A stretch of 64,000 nt of DNA from an uncultured delta proteobacterium (GTDB lineage Bacteria > Desulfobacterota > Binatia > UBA9968). The DNA is taken from NCBI GenBank assembly GCA_963727625.1, contig CAVSHR010000012.1, positions 256,001 to 320,000 of the forward strand, read 5' to 3'. The translations under genes were made by a program, and so were the position numbers. Every line of letters starts with the position of its first letter. Within the stretch, counting starts at the first letter, position 1. A model generated the notes under the pieces. The model ran no database searches and was not told the DNA's origin. It saw nothing but the letters and a program-made list of their open reading frames with translations. This document shows positions 32,543-41,351 of the stretch, one piece after another.

Positions 32543-34847
32543 CTTTCAGTTCTCTTCTCGTCGGGAATCACTTTTCAACCTCAGCGGTCAGCGGTCAGCT
32601 GTCAGCGGTCAGCCGTCAGCTTTCATCTTTCAGTTCCCTCCTCGTCGGGAATCACTTTTCAACCAAGGATTAGTCCAAGTGCAACGGTTCGCCATCACGC
32701 TTTCAGTTCCCTCCTCGTCGGGAATCACTTTTCAACTGCAGCAGCAAAGAGCGGGACTAACGATGTTTCTGCACTTTCAGTTCCCTCCTCGTCGGGAATC
32801 ACTTTTCAACCACATTAATCCATGTTGTATAAGGCGATTTTCGGTCTTTCAGTTCCCTCCTCGTCGGGAATCACTTTTCAACGTTTAGAGAGCGCCAGCA
32901 TGTCGAAAAGTTCATCCCCTTTCAGTTCCCTCCTCGTCGGGAATCACTTTTCAACCAATCGGCCGGCGCAGATACGGCTCCAAACCCGTTTGCTTTCAGT
33001 TCCCTCCTCGTCGGGAATCACTTTTCAACGTACAGCATGATCCCCACAGGGAGGGTGACTGTAGCTTTCAGTTCCCTCCTCGTCGGGAATCACTTTTCAA
33101 CAAGGCGAGGATGAATTAGGGGCTGTTGAAACTTTTCTTTCAGTTCCCTCCTCGTCGGGAATCACTTTTCAACGATAGGTTTTGCCGCCAATGGTAGTTT
33201 CTTGGCCGACTTTCAGTTCCCTCCTCGTCGGGAATCACTTTTCAACCAGCGGCCATCACCTACACGCCGGGCACTCTGGCTGACCTTTCAGTTCCCTCCT
33301 CGTCGGGAATCACTTTTCAACCATTTAACTCTGGCATGAGGTTTGCTCTCTTACACTTTCAGTTCCCTCCTCGTCGGGAATCACTTTTCAACGTACAGCA
33401 TGATCCCCACAGGGAGGGTGACTGTAGCTTTCAGTTCCCTCCTCGTCGGGAATCACTTTTCAACAAGGCGAGGATGAATTAGGGGCTGTTGAAACTTTTC
33501 TTTCAGTTCCCTCCTCGTCGGGAATCACTTTTCAACCCAGAGCCACCCATCAGGCCGACTAGCTCACCAAGCTTTCAGTTCCCTCCTCGTCGGGAATCAC
33601 TTTTCAACCAATCGCGCGCAGATACGGCTCCAAATCCGTTTGCTTTCAGTTCCCTCCTCGTCGGGAATCACTTTTCAACGGTAGCGGCGGCATCTTGACG
33701 ATGTTCTCCTTGGTCTCACTTTCAGTTCCCTCCTCGTCGGGAATCACTTTTCAACGGCTCGCTCTTCCGTTCTTGAATTATCCCTTTTGTCTTTCAGTTC
33801 CCTCCTCGTCGGGAATCACTTTTCAACCACTCTATTCGATCGGCGCCACGTCGCCCCTTTCGCCTTTCAGTTCCCTCCTCGTCGGGAATCACTTTTCAAC
33901 GATTTATGCTATGTTATATATATCTATCACCCAAACCTTTCAGTTCCCTCCTCGTCGGGAATCACTTTTCAACGCTGATCAACTTTGGGTTCGTATCGGG
34001 AGCTTTCAGTTCCCTCCTCGTCGGGAATCACTTTTCAACGTTCTGCGCGGGTTTCCGTTTCTGCGGATTTTTTTTCCTTTCAGTTCCCTCCTCGTCGGGA
34101 ATCACTTTTCAACCTACAGGCGGCAAGGGATTCGCAGCACCCCATCAGCCGCTTTCAGTTCCCTCCTCGTCGGGAATCACTTTTCAACCTTTAATGCCAG
34201 CGGGACCGACACCGCGATCACTTTCTTTCAGTTCCCTCCTCGTCGGGAATCACTTTTCAACCTTCGCCGCGGCGCCCTCACCGGCCCGCAGTTGGTCACT
34301 TTCAGTTCCCTCCTCGTCGGGAATCACTTTTCAACTTTAGTCGTTTGAATAACATGGGACACTCCATTTTCTTTCAGTTCCCTCCTCGTCGGGAATCACT
34401 TTTCAACCAATCGCACTCGGGTAGAGTAGATGGCAACCGTACCGTCTTTCAGTTCCCTCCTCGTCGGGAATCACTTTTCAACCTCGCGACTTTGTTCCGA
34501 GTTCTCTAGGTTTTGGGGCGCTTTCAGTTCCCTCCTCGTCGGGAATCACTTTTCAACTTGCGGCCGCGCCGGCCATCGCGCTGGATTCGACAACCTTTCA
34601 GTTCCCTCCTCGTCGGGAATCACTTTTCAACCCTCTTCACCCGGCGCGATCATGCCGTTATTGTCCCTTTCAGTTCCCTCCTCGTCGGGAATCACTTTTC
34701 AACGAACTCTCTCGTAAATTGCGCGCCCTGGCTGAGTCTTTCAGTTCCCTCCTCGTCGGGAATCACTTTTCAACATTGCAGAGCTGTCGTGATCCGATCA
34801 GCGTTCTTGACTTTCAGTTCCCTCCTCGTCGGGAATCACTTTTCAAC
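32543..34847 (-). CRISPR. CRISPR array: 32 repeats of 37 bp, 31 spacers (29-47 bp); transcribed repeat GTTGAAAAGTGATTCCCGACGAGGAGGGAACTGAAAG
   Basis: Repeats counted by eye; degenerate terminal repeat at 32543; TCCC/GGGA stem followed by an 8-nt ACTGAAAG handle; leader on the cas side. Confidence 0.98.
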
Positions 34848-34952
34848 CGCTTCAGAAGCACAGAAAAAACAAAAGCATTTTCAGCACCAACACTCACCTT
34901 TTTTCGAAAGCTCATTTTCTGCTCCAAACCCCCGCAGGTTTGCGAAATCGCG
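34848..34952 (-). promoter_or_regulatory. CRISPR leader
   Basis: A/T-run-rich non-coding stretch between cas4 stop and first perfect repeat. Confidence 0.75.
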
Positions 34953-35528
34953 CTAAAGAACATCACCGCAGTAATTTCTATATTCGCAGTCCGCGCAGCG
35001 ATTCCTCACCGGTGTCGGAGGCGGCATCTGCTCACCTTCGATCATTCGACGAATCTCGCCGATAAGTTCGTCCGCTTCCTTCTTCCGCTCCTCGGTCAGA
35101 TCGAAAACCACGGCATCGTTCCGCGGGATGAGATAGACGAATCCTTTCGTGACTTCTCTTTGGTAGCAGTCCTCCAGCAGGCGGGCGTAGCCGCACAACT
35201 GCATCACATGGTTTCTGTGAGGCGTCCCCGTCGTCATCTTGAAATCCACCGGGAACAGTCCCTCCGGGCTATCGATCAAGAGATCCAACTTTCCACTCAA
35301 CCCAAGCCGTTTTGAGCTGACCCAAACGTGAAACTTTCTCGTGCCTTCGGCCAACCGGTATTCACGCAGCTTCCGTCTTTTCTCTAGCTCATCTATTTGC
35401 GCCTCGGCGATCTTCCCCTGCTCCATTTTCCAGGTAGTCTTCTTATTCACCGGCATGCAGTACTGATAGAAGACGACCCTCGGACAGTAAGCGTTCTGTT
35501 TTATGTCGTTGACCCTGAGCGAAATCAT
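34953..35528 (-). CDS. cas4: CRISPR-associated Cas4
   Basis: YCPR, SGKLD, PVDFK, QLCGYA, C..C.Y...C Fe-S ligands. Confidence 0.95.
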   Translation of the reverse strand: MISLRVNDIKQNAYCPRVVFYQYCMPVNKKTTWKMEQGKIAEAQIDELEKRRKLREYRLAEGTRKFHVWVSSKRLGLSGKLDLLIDSPEGLFPVDFKMTTGTPHRNHVMQLCGYARLLEDCYQREVTKGFVYLIPRNDAVVFDLTEERKKEADELIGEIRRMIEGEQMPPPTPVRNRCADCEYRNYCGDVL

Positions 35529-35803
35529 ACGGCCGCCGCTTCATCGGTCTTGCCGTTTTCCTTTATCAACCCGTCCTTTACGTCCTTGTGGCAAATCGGC
35601 TGAAGCAGAATCTTGCCGGTATTATGATTGAGTATCGACGTCAGGCGCAAAAACAATTCCTCGCGTTTATTCCGGTTGAGTGTTCCCTGAAACGCGCTGT
35701 ATTGAATGCGCGCCAACCCGTAGTCGAGACAGGTTTCGGAGATTCTCAATCGAATCCTGTCGTCCTCGATGTCGTAAATAACCAGCGTCCTAAGCTCTTC
35801 CAT
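35525..35803 (-). CDS. cas2: CRISPR-associated Cas2
   Basis: LVIYDIEDDR.R, GL.RIQYSAF.G. Confidence 0.95.
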   Translation of the reverse strand: MEELRTLVIYDIEDDRIRLRISETCLDYGLARIQYSAFQGTLNRNKREELFLRLTSILNHNTGKILLQPICHKDVKDGLIKENGKTDEAAAV

Positions 35804-35839
35804 CGTCCAGACCTAAACGATCTTCACAAGAAATTCCCC

Positions 35840-35966
35840 CAGGCCGATCAAAAAGGTCGCAGATGCGAGGCGCGCGAGGATCCGACGAGCGGAGGCGTAC
35901 TCGGGTCGTACGCCGGAGCGAGGCAGGCGAGCGCAACGAAGCAGATGGGCCTTTTTCATCGGCCTG
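35840..35966. mobile_element. 127-bp MITE-like element with 17-bp terminal inverted repeats
   Basis: CAGGCCGATCAAAAAGG ... CCTTTTTCATCGGCCTG (16/17 match); central GGCGTAC/GTACGCC hairpin. Confidence 0.65.
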
Positions 35967-37157
35967 TCACCACTTGAAACTGAATGCCTTATATTCCCCC
36001 TCCCCCCGCAGAAACGTAGCCAACCGTCTCGCCTGCATCTGGATGATCGACCTGATCTGATATTGCTTTCCTTGATACGGTTCGGTAGCCACCAGGCGTT
36101 CGATGATCTTCTCCGCGATAGACTTCCTCGTCTCCGCGTCGAGCAAACCTTCTTTCATGCCAATCCTCGTCCCGAGATTTACATAGGCAATCACGGTCCG
36201 ATCCACCACCGGCTGGCGAAACTCTTCGACCATATCCAAGATCAGCGACGGCTTGCCCGGTCGGTCGACGTGGAGGAAACCGGCGAAGGGCTCAAGCCCC
36301 GCGTTGAGCACCGCTCCCCAGACCTGCGAGTAGAGAATGCCGTAGCCGTAGTTTAGCAACGAGTTCACTTCGTCGGTCGCGCCCCGGTGCTCACGGCCAA
36401 AGAATTCCACCCGGTGTCCGATGATCTCCTTGACCGCTTCCCAGTAGATCCGCCCCGCGGTACCTTCCGTTCCCATGATGGTTCCCCTGGCTTCATTGAC
36501 GCAAGTGGCGTCGATGGCCGGGACTTTTTTCCACAGCGCGCGCAGTTGGGCGGCGATGGCGTCGATTCTTTGAAACCGATCTTCCGCTTCGGTTTTTAAA
36601 TATTTCCCGAAGTATCTGAGCAGCCGCTCCTGATTCTTGATCTTGCCGAGCACCACCGCTTTGCAGAACTCCAGGCCCCGCTTGTCGTTGAATGCGAGTA
36701 TCTGCTCGCGCCGCGCTTGCACCGTCGCTGTCAGCATCGGCGAACTCACCATCGCGTAGGGCTTTCCGGTATAATCCAGAAAGCTCAGGCGTATGCCCCT
36801 CGCGCAGACTTCTTCGAGGAAGTCCGATGACATGCTCATGCCCTTCGAACCGACGACGACCTCGTTAATTCGAAAAAACGGGAACTGGTAGATTACGTCC
36901 TTGCCCTTGCGCACCAGCAACCGCTCGCTCTTCTTGCTGAGAAACAAACCATACCCCGACAAGATCAACTGCGAGCCGTCTTCGGATTTCACCAGCGTAA
37001 TGCCCTCGTCGACGCGAATCTCCCGCCCCGGTTCTTCCGGCTCAGGCACCTCCACAGGAATCGGCTCGGCCGCGCCGGTGAATAAATTGAACTGAGCCAC
37101 CGAAACCGGCTTTTGAATTTCCTCCTCATGTAATTCATTCAAAGCTTGGTCAGGCAT
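35967..37157 (-). CDS. cas1: CRISPR-associated Cas1 with acidic/Pro-rich N-terminal extension
   Basis: MGTEG.AGRIYW, NSLLNYGYGIL, GLEP..GFLH, SLILDMVEEFRQPVVDR. Confidence 0.96.
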   Translation of the reverse strand: MPDQALNELHEEEIQKPVSVAQFNLFTGAAEPIPVEVPEPEEPGREIRVDEGITLVKSEDGSQLILSGYGLFLSKKSERLLVRKGKDVIYQFPFFRINEVVVGSKGMSMSSDFLEEVCARGIRLSFLDYTGKPYAMVSSPMLTATVQARREQILAFNDKRGLEFCKAVVLGKIKNQERLLRYFGKYLKTEAEDRFQRIDAIAAQLRALWKKVPAIDATCVNEARGTIMGTEGTAGRIYWEAVKEIIGHRVEFFGREHRGATDEVNSLLNYGYGILYSQVWGAVLNAGLEPFAGFLHVDRPGKPSLILDMVEEFRQPVVDRTVIAYVNLGTRIGMKEGLLDAETRKSIAEKIIERLVATEPYQGKQYQIRSIIQMQARRLATFLRGEGEYKAFSFKW

Positions 37158-37318
37158 ATTTCACCTTGGGTTCAAATCGTTCCAGCCGTTCAATGGCTAA
37201 CGCCGGTTCAAAAGTTCAACGTTCAACGCCGAATAACTCGAGCCGTTCCGGTCGTTTATTTCTTCAAATCTCTAACCTCTGCGTACTCCGTGCCTCCGCG
37301 GTGAAATATATTCAATCC

Positions 37319-38384
37319 CTAACTCGTCTCCACGATCTCGTACCAGCCGTTGCCGAACACCGCGTTCTTCCCGACATGCAGGTATTCGCCGAGCTTCAGA
37401 TACGGCAGAAACATTCCAAGATCGCCCTCGAAACTCACTTCGCCGACAAACCGCTGAGATCGTGCTGACTTCGCGCCGGCGCGAGTATCGCGACGACTCT
37501 ACCCAGCGCGTCGCGTCGGACACGGTTTTGACATTCTCCGCCGCTGCGCCGAATGCTTTGAAGTCGATGTCCAATCCTTCGCCGCAATAAAAATAAGACA
37601 GCGCATTGATCCGGTCGCGCAGACGCTTGGCCACTGGCCCAAAGGCCGGCCGCCGCGCCTAGTGACTCCATCCGCCCTGACCAGCGTCGGCGTCGAGAAA
37701 TCGCAGCGCGACACGCGTGACGTTCGCCGCGCCAAGCTGTCGCGACCATGTGGACCCATCGTTGGAATCGTAGGGGCCGACCTGCGTGTCGGCCCTGATA
37801 GGCCCAGTGCGGTGAGTTATCGAACCATTCTGATCCAAGCGACCGCACAAGTCCGCCCACGAGATCGCGTCGGCAGGCGGCCGAACCAAGTTATTTTCTC
37901 TTCGTATAAACCGGCACCGACGTCCCGTCGTGCGCCAGCGTGATCGACGCCAGCCAACTCCACCGGCGCTCGATTCCGGCCCAAGCCCAGCCTGCGAAAG
38001 CTCTTTGAACGTCACGATGAAGTAAGGGAGATAGTCCTTGATCTTTCCCACCAGAACGACATCGAACGACAACCGTTCGCCCGGCAGATACGTTTCCTTC
38101 GTCTCCAGCGGCGGCTTGATGACAAACGGCCGGGGAATATCCCGGTTCTTGCTGATCTTCTCCGACCCCTTCGGCACAAACGGTTGGAACACCGCCGTGT
38201 ACGGACACACGCTCCGCAACTCGCAGGTTTCCGGCTCCCGGCAGTTCGCATGGCACACGATCCGCCGAAACGCGCTGCCGAAACCGCCGCGAATCACGTT
38301 GCCCTTGTTATACGCGGGCATACGCAACGGCGCCTTAGGCTCGAGGTGAAAACGAAAATGCTGGAACGAAATACAGGGCAACAT
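37319..38384 (-). CDS. cas6: CRISPR pre-crRNA endoribonuclease Cas6, frameshifted
   Basis: YNKGNVIRGGFG.AFRRIVC..C..C....CPY..F, PRPFVI, and C-terminal HVGKNAVFGNGWY G-loop in another frame. Confidence 0.87.
37770..37796 (+). repeat. GTAG-type REP-like palindrome inside cas6
   Basis: GTAG-GGGCCGAC-CTGCGT-GTCGGCCC. Confidence 0.65.
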
Positions 38385-38390
38385 TCCTGG

Positions 38391-38798
38391 TCACTCTTCC
38401 TCGGCGATCAATCTCTCCAGTACCTGTTCACATTCTTCGACAAAGGCTAACACCTCGACTGGGATGGCTTGCGCTTCCTTTCTTGTAACCGTGGAGAAAT
38501 CACCGTAATCGCTCTTCTGCCGCTTCTCGAAAGCGCGGGGCAACGCCTTAGCCGTATCCGCCTTAATCAGTCCAGACTTAACGAAATGCTTCTGGAACAG
38601 AGTGATCACCCCGCTGTGTCTCGATCAGTCCACCTCGGTCAGCGCCAAAAGGGACCGAGCCGCATAGAACACCGCGTAATAGAAGCGATTCACCGCGCCC
38701 ATGAAAGCGCTCTTGGTCAGCAGATGCTCGCCTTCCGCAAAAGTTTCCTTAGCACGGCCGAGACGATGGCGCGCGAGCTTTTCAAGTTCCCGCTTCAC
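38391..38798 (-). CDS. HEPN-domain protein (UPF0332-like), frameshift near 38625
   Basis: AVNRFYYAVFYAARSLL, H.GVITLF..HFVK.G, FEKRQKSDY. Confidence 0.83.
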
Positions 38799-39142
38799 AG
38801 CGAAATCCTTTCTTTCGCAATCGCTCGAAGAAAAGGCGTAATGCTCCACACCGGATCGGAGAGAGTTGAGCGGTCAATGACCCGCGGCGAGATATAGACG
38901 TCATGCTTGAGGTTGACATCGAACGCGATGTCCAGAACCCGATCCTCGGTCTCCAGGCCGTTCCGATTCACGACGACGAGCACATCGATGTCGGAATCCG
39001 GTTGATCTCTTCCCGTGGCCTTGGAACCGAAGAGTTTCGCCTCAAGCAAGTTTTTCCCTAGAGCGGATCGCAAACTCCGCAAGAATTCCTCCAGCGCCGC
39101 CGCATCGCTGGATTTCAGCTTCAAACGTCGAGTCATGTTCAT
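38795..39142 (-). CDS. Minimal nucleotidyltransferase (MNT) of an MNT-HEPN pair
   Basis: LFGSKATGRDQPDSDIDVLVV (GSx10DxD). Confidence 0.88.
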   Translation of the reverse strand: MNMTRRLKLKSSDAAALEEFLRSLRSALGKNLLEAKLFGSKATGRDQPDSDIDVLVVVNRNGLETEDRVLDIAFDVNLKHDVYISPRVIDRSTLSDPVWSITPFLRAIAKERISL

Positions 39143-39564
39143 GTCCTTCCCATTGCGATGGATGGAAACCAGCCTGATGCCTTTTCCGTTTCCATGTTTT
39201 TCCCGTGCGGCGGGCTGGAAAACTAGCCCGTTCCGCTTTCGCGATCTCCTTTACGTGCCCTGGTTTTCCCCACCGTTACCTCTCCCGACAATAGCGCTGC
39301 GATATCGCAAACGACCCTATCGAGGCGTCTGTTTGCCAGGCGACGCTCCGGATAGCGCAGCCCCATTTCACCCGCGTTCCGGCTGCCGTTAAACAGGCGG
39401 ATGATTTCGATCTTGCGCCACGTTCTCATCGGAAACTCCGGCGCCACCTGTTATAATTCGACTTCGAAAGCCGCCTCTATCCAAGCGACTTTCTCAAACA
39501 TTTGGGCCGAGCGGTATTTGCCGATCTCGGTAGCAAAAGCTATATTGTCTTGGAGGATCTCTCG

Positions 39565-39828
39565 ATGGCCAAAGTAATGGTTTCCATCCCCGACGACGTT
39601 TTGAAAAAAGTCGATAGCACCGCGAAAACCCAGCGCCGCTCTCGCACAGAAGTCATTCGCGACGCGCTGCGCGCGCAAATGAGCAAGCAACGGGAAAATC
39701 ACGGCAAGTGGCAAAAAGCCCTGGCTCCGCTGCGGAAGCTCGAACGGCAGTGGATCGGCCAGTGGGATTCGACCGACATCATTCGCTACTACAGGGATAC
39801 CCGCTATGGCCGGGAAAATCGTTATTGA
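39565..39828 (+). CDS. RHH/CopG antitoxin (VapB-like)
   Basis: MAKVMVSIPDDVLKKVD..A....RSRTEVIRDAL; GGAGG RBS. Confidence 0.85.
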   Translation: MAKVMVSIPDDVLKKVDSTAKTQRRSRTEVIRDALRAQMSKQRENHGKWQKALAPLRKLERQWIGQWDSTDIIRYYRDTRYGRENRY

Positions 39829-40240
39829 CACATCAGTCCTGATCAAATGGATAAAGACTAAAGATGAGGAATTGCTCGCCGAGGCTCGTCGCCTTCTGAA
39901 GCAAGTGGAAACAAAAGCTCTCACCGTCCACGTCCCTGCGCTTCTGTTATACGAAATCGGCAACATCCTTCTTATCAAAACCGACCTCGATCCGGATGGC
40001 TTGGAAAAAGCCGTTGACGATCTCGAGGCTCTACCATTTATCGTCGCTCCGCCAGCAACGCCCCTTCTACGTCGCGCCAGCCGCGTTGGAAAAGAGCACG
40101 GCCTGACCTTTTACGATGCTTCATTTCTCGCGCTCGCCGTCGAGTTGGATTGCCCACTGGTGACCGCCGACCGCCATTTTTTCGACCGCACTAAGTCCCT
40201 GCCGCGTGTTCGCCATCTCTCCAAGGTCGGCACCCTCTAA
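39806..40240 (+). CDS. vapC: VapC PIN-domain toxin
   Basis: IVIDTSVLIKW, YEIGN, LTFYDASFLALA, LVTAD. Confidence 0.9.
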   Translation: MAGKIVIDTSVLIKWIKTKDEELLAEARRLLKQVETKALTVHVPALLLYEIGNILLIKTDLDPDGLEKAVDDLEALPFIVAPPATPLLRRASRVGKEHGLTFYDASFLALAVELDCPLVTADRHFFDRTKSLPRVRHLSKVGTL

Positions 40241-40324
40241 AGTTCGGCATACGACAAACGATCCGGGAATACCAATACAGTGCCCTGTCCTACTGTTGCC
40301 TGTTGCCTCACGCCTCTATCCATC

Positions 40325-40511
40325 ACACACGATCCGCCCTGCCTGTGCCGACACGGCAGACAGGCGAAACATGCTGCCAAAACCGCCGCGAATCACGTTG
40401 CCCTTGTTGTACCTGCCTGTGCGTCGCACGCAGACAGGCGGGCATGTGCAACGGCGCTTTGGGCTCCAGGTGGAAGCGTAAATGAGCAAACGAAAAACCA
40501 GTAATCATCAC
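40325..40511 (-). pseudogene. Degenerate second copy of cas6 5' end with two small palindromic insertions
   Basis: FSFAHLRFHLEPKAPLHMPA and NKGNVIRGGFG match the cas6 start; interrupted by CCTGCCTGTG...CAGACAGG elements. Confidence 0.8.
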
Positions 40512-40566
40512 CGTTGCCTACGTTCGTGAGTTTGGGTACACTTTTTTCCAAACGGAGGAAATTTTT

Positions 40567-40818
40567 ATGTCAGTTACCCAACTGACCGCAAAAGGGCAAA
40601 TTTTAGTACCCAAACACCTGCGACGTAAACTTGGGCTCAAACCCGGCGGCAAGGTGCATCTCGACGAAGAAGAAGGACGATTAGTCCTCACCCCGGTTCC
40701 TCCTGATCCCATCGAGGCGGCCACGGGTTTTTTAAAGGGCCGATTTTCTCTGACTCAAGATCTCCGCCGTGAACACCGCGAAGAGGCGCGCCGTGAGCGA
40801 AAAGCTCGTTCTCGATAG
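40567..40818 (+). CDS. AbrB/MazE-type antitoxin
   Basis: LTAKGQILVPK.LRRKLGLKPG. Confidence 0.88.
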   Translation: MSVTQLTAKGQILVPKHLRRKLGLKPGGKVHLDEEEGRLVLTPVPPDPIEAATGFLKGRFSLTQDLRREHREEARRERKARSR

Positions 40819-41200
40819 TTTTGCCCTCGTCAGTCTCTTTCATCGCGAACCCGGCTGGCAGGTCGTCCAAAAGGCTCTCTACGATCAAGACAAATCGCGC
40901 GCCCGCGCCGTCCTCAGCTGGATCAACTGGGGCGAGTTTTACTACATCGTCAAGCGACGCGTCGGCGTCGCCAAGACGATGGACGCGCTCCGTCTCCTCT
41001 AACAACTGCCCGTCGACCTCTTTCCGGTAGACCACCCGTTGGTCCGAGCCGCAGCGGAAATCAAAAGCGAACACGCACTCTCCTACGCCGACGCTTTTTG
41101 CGTTGCCACCGCCCAACGCCTCGACGCCACCGTGTTAACCAACAACCCCGAGTTCGAGTCGGTCGAAAACCTGATCAAAATCCGCTGGCTGACCAAATAA
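40793..41200 (+). pseudogene. vapC: VapC PIN toxin with in-frame TAA at 41000
   Basis: LVLDSFAL, INWGEFYY, then after the stop LSYADAFCVATA...VLTNNPEF. Confidence 0.8.
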
Positions 41201-41299
41201 CCGGCTCCAGCCGATCTTCGCCGAACAATTACGCACCTCTACGCCTCTAGTCACGTCGCACGCAATTCGTCACTCACGAGCACGAACACGGCCTTTGAT

Positions 41300-41351
41300 C
41301 CCTCCGCCGAAACGCGCTCCCAAACCCGCCTCGAATCACATTACCCTTGTT
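41300..41351 (-). pseudogene. Third cas6 5' fragment overlapping the end of cas3
   Basis: Reverse strand reads NKGNVIRGGFGSAFRR, identical to the cas6 peptide. Confidence 0.72.

Noticed and set aside
32664-34810. Self-targeting spacers within the window
   Set aside because: No full-length match seen; only short chance similarities.
32355-35315. Plus-strand ORFs with repeating FQFPPRRESLFN / LSVPSSSGITFQ peptides
   Set aside because: These are translations of CRISPR repeats, not genes.
39223-39500. Short minus-strand ORFs upstream of the MNT gene
   Set aside because: Possibly remnants, but no family could be recognised.
37160-41330. Possible CreA-like mini-array or degenerate repeats near cas6 or the TA genes
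   Set aside because: No convincing partial copy of the 37-bp repeat was found by eye outside the array; a sensitive alignment could still find one.
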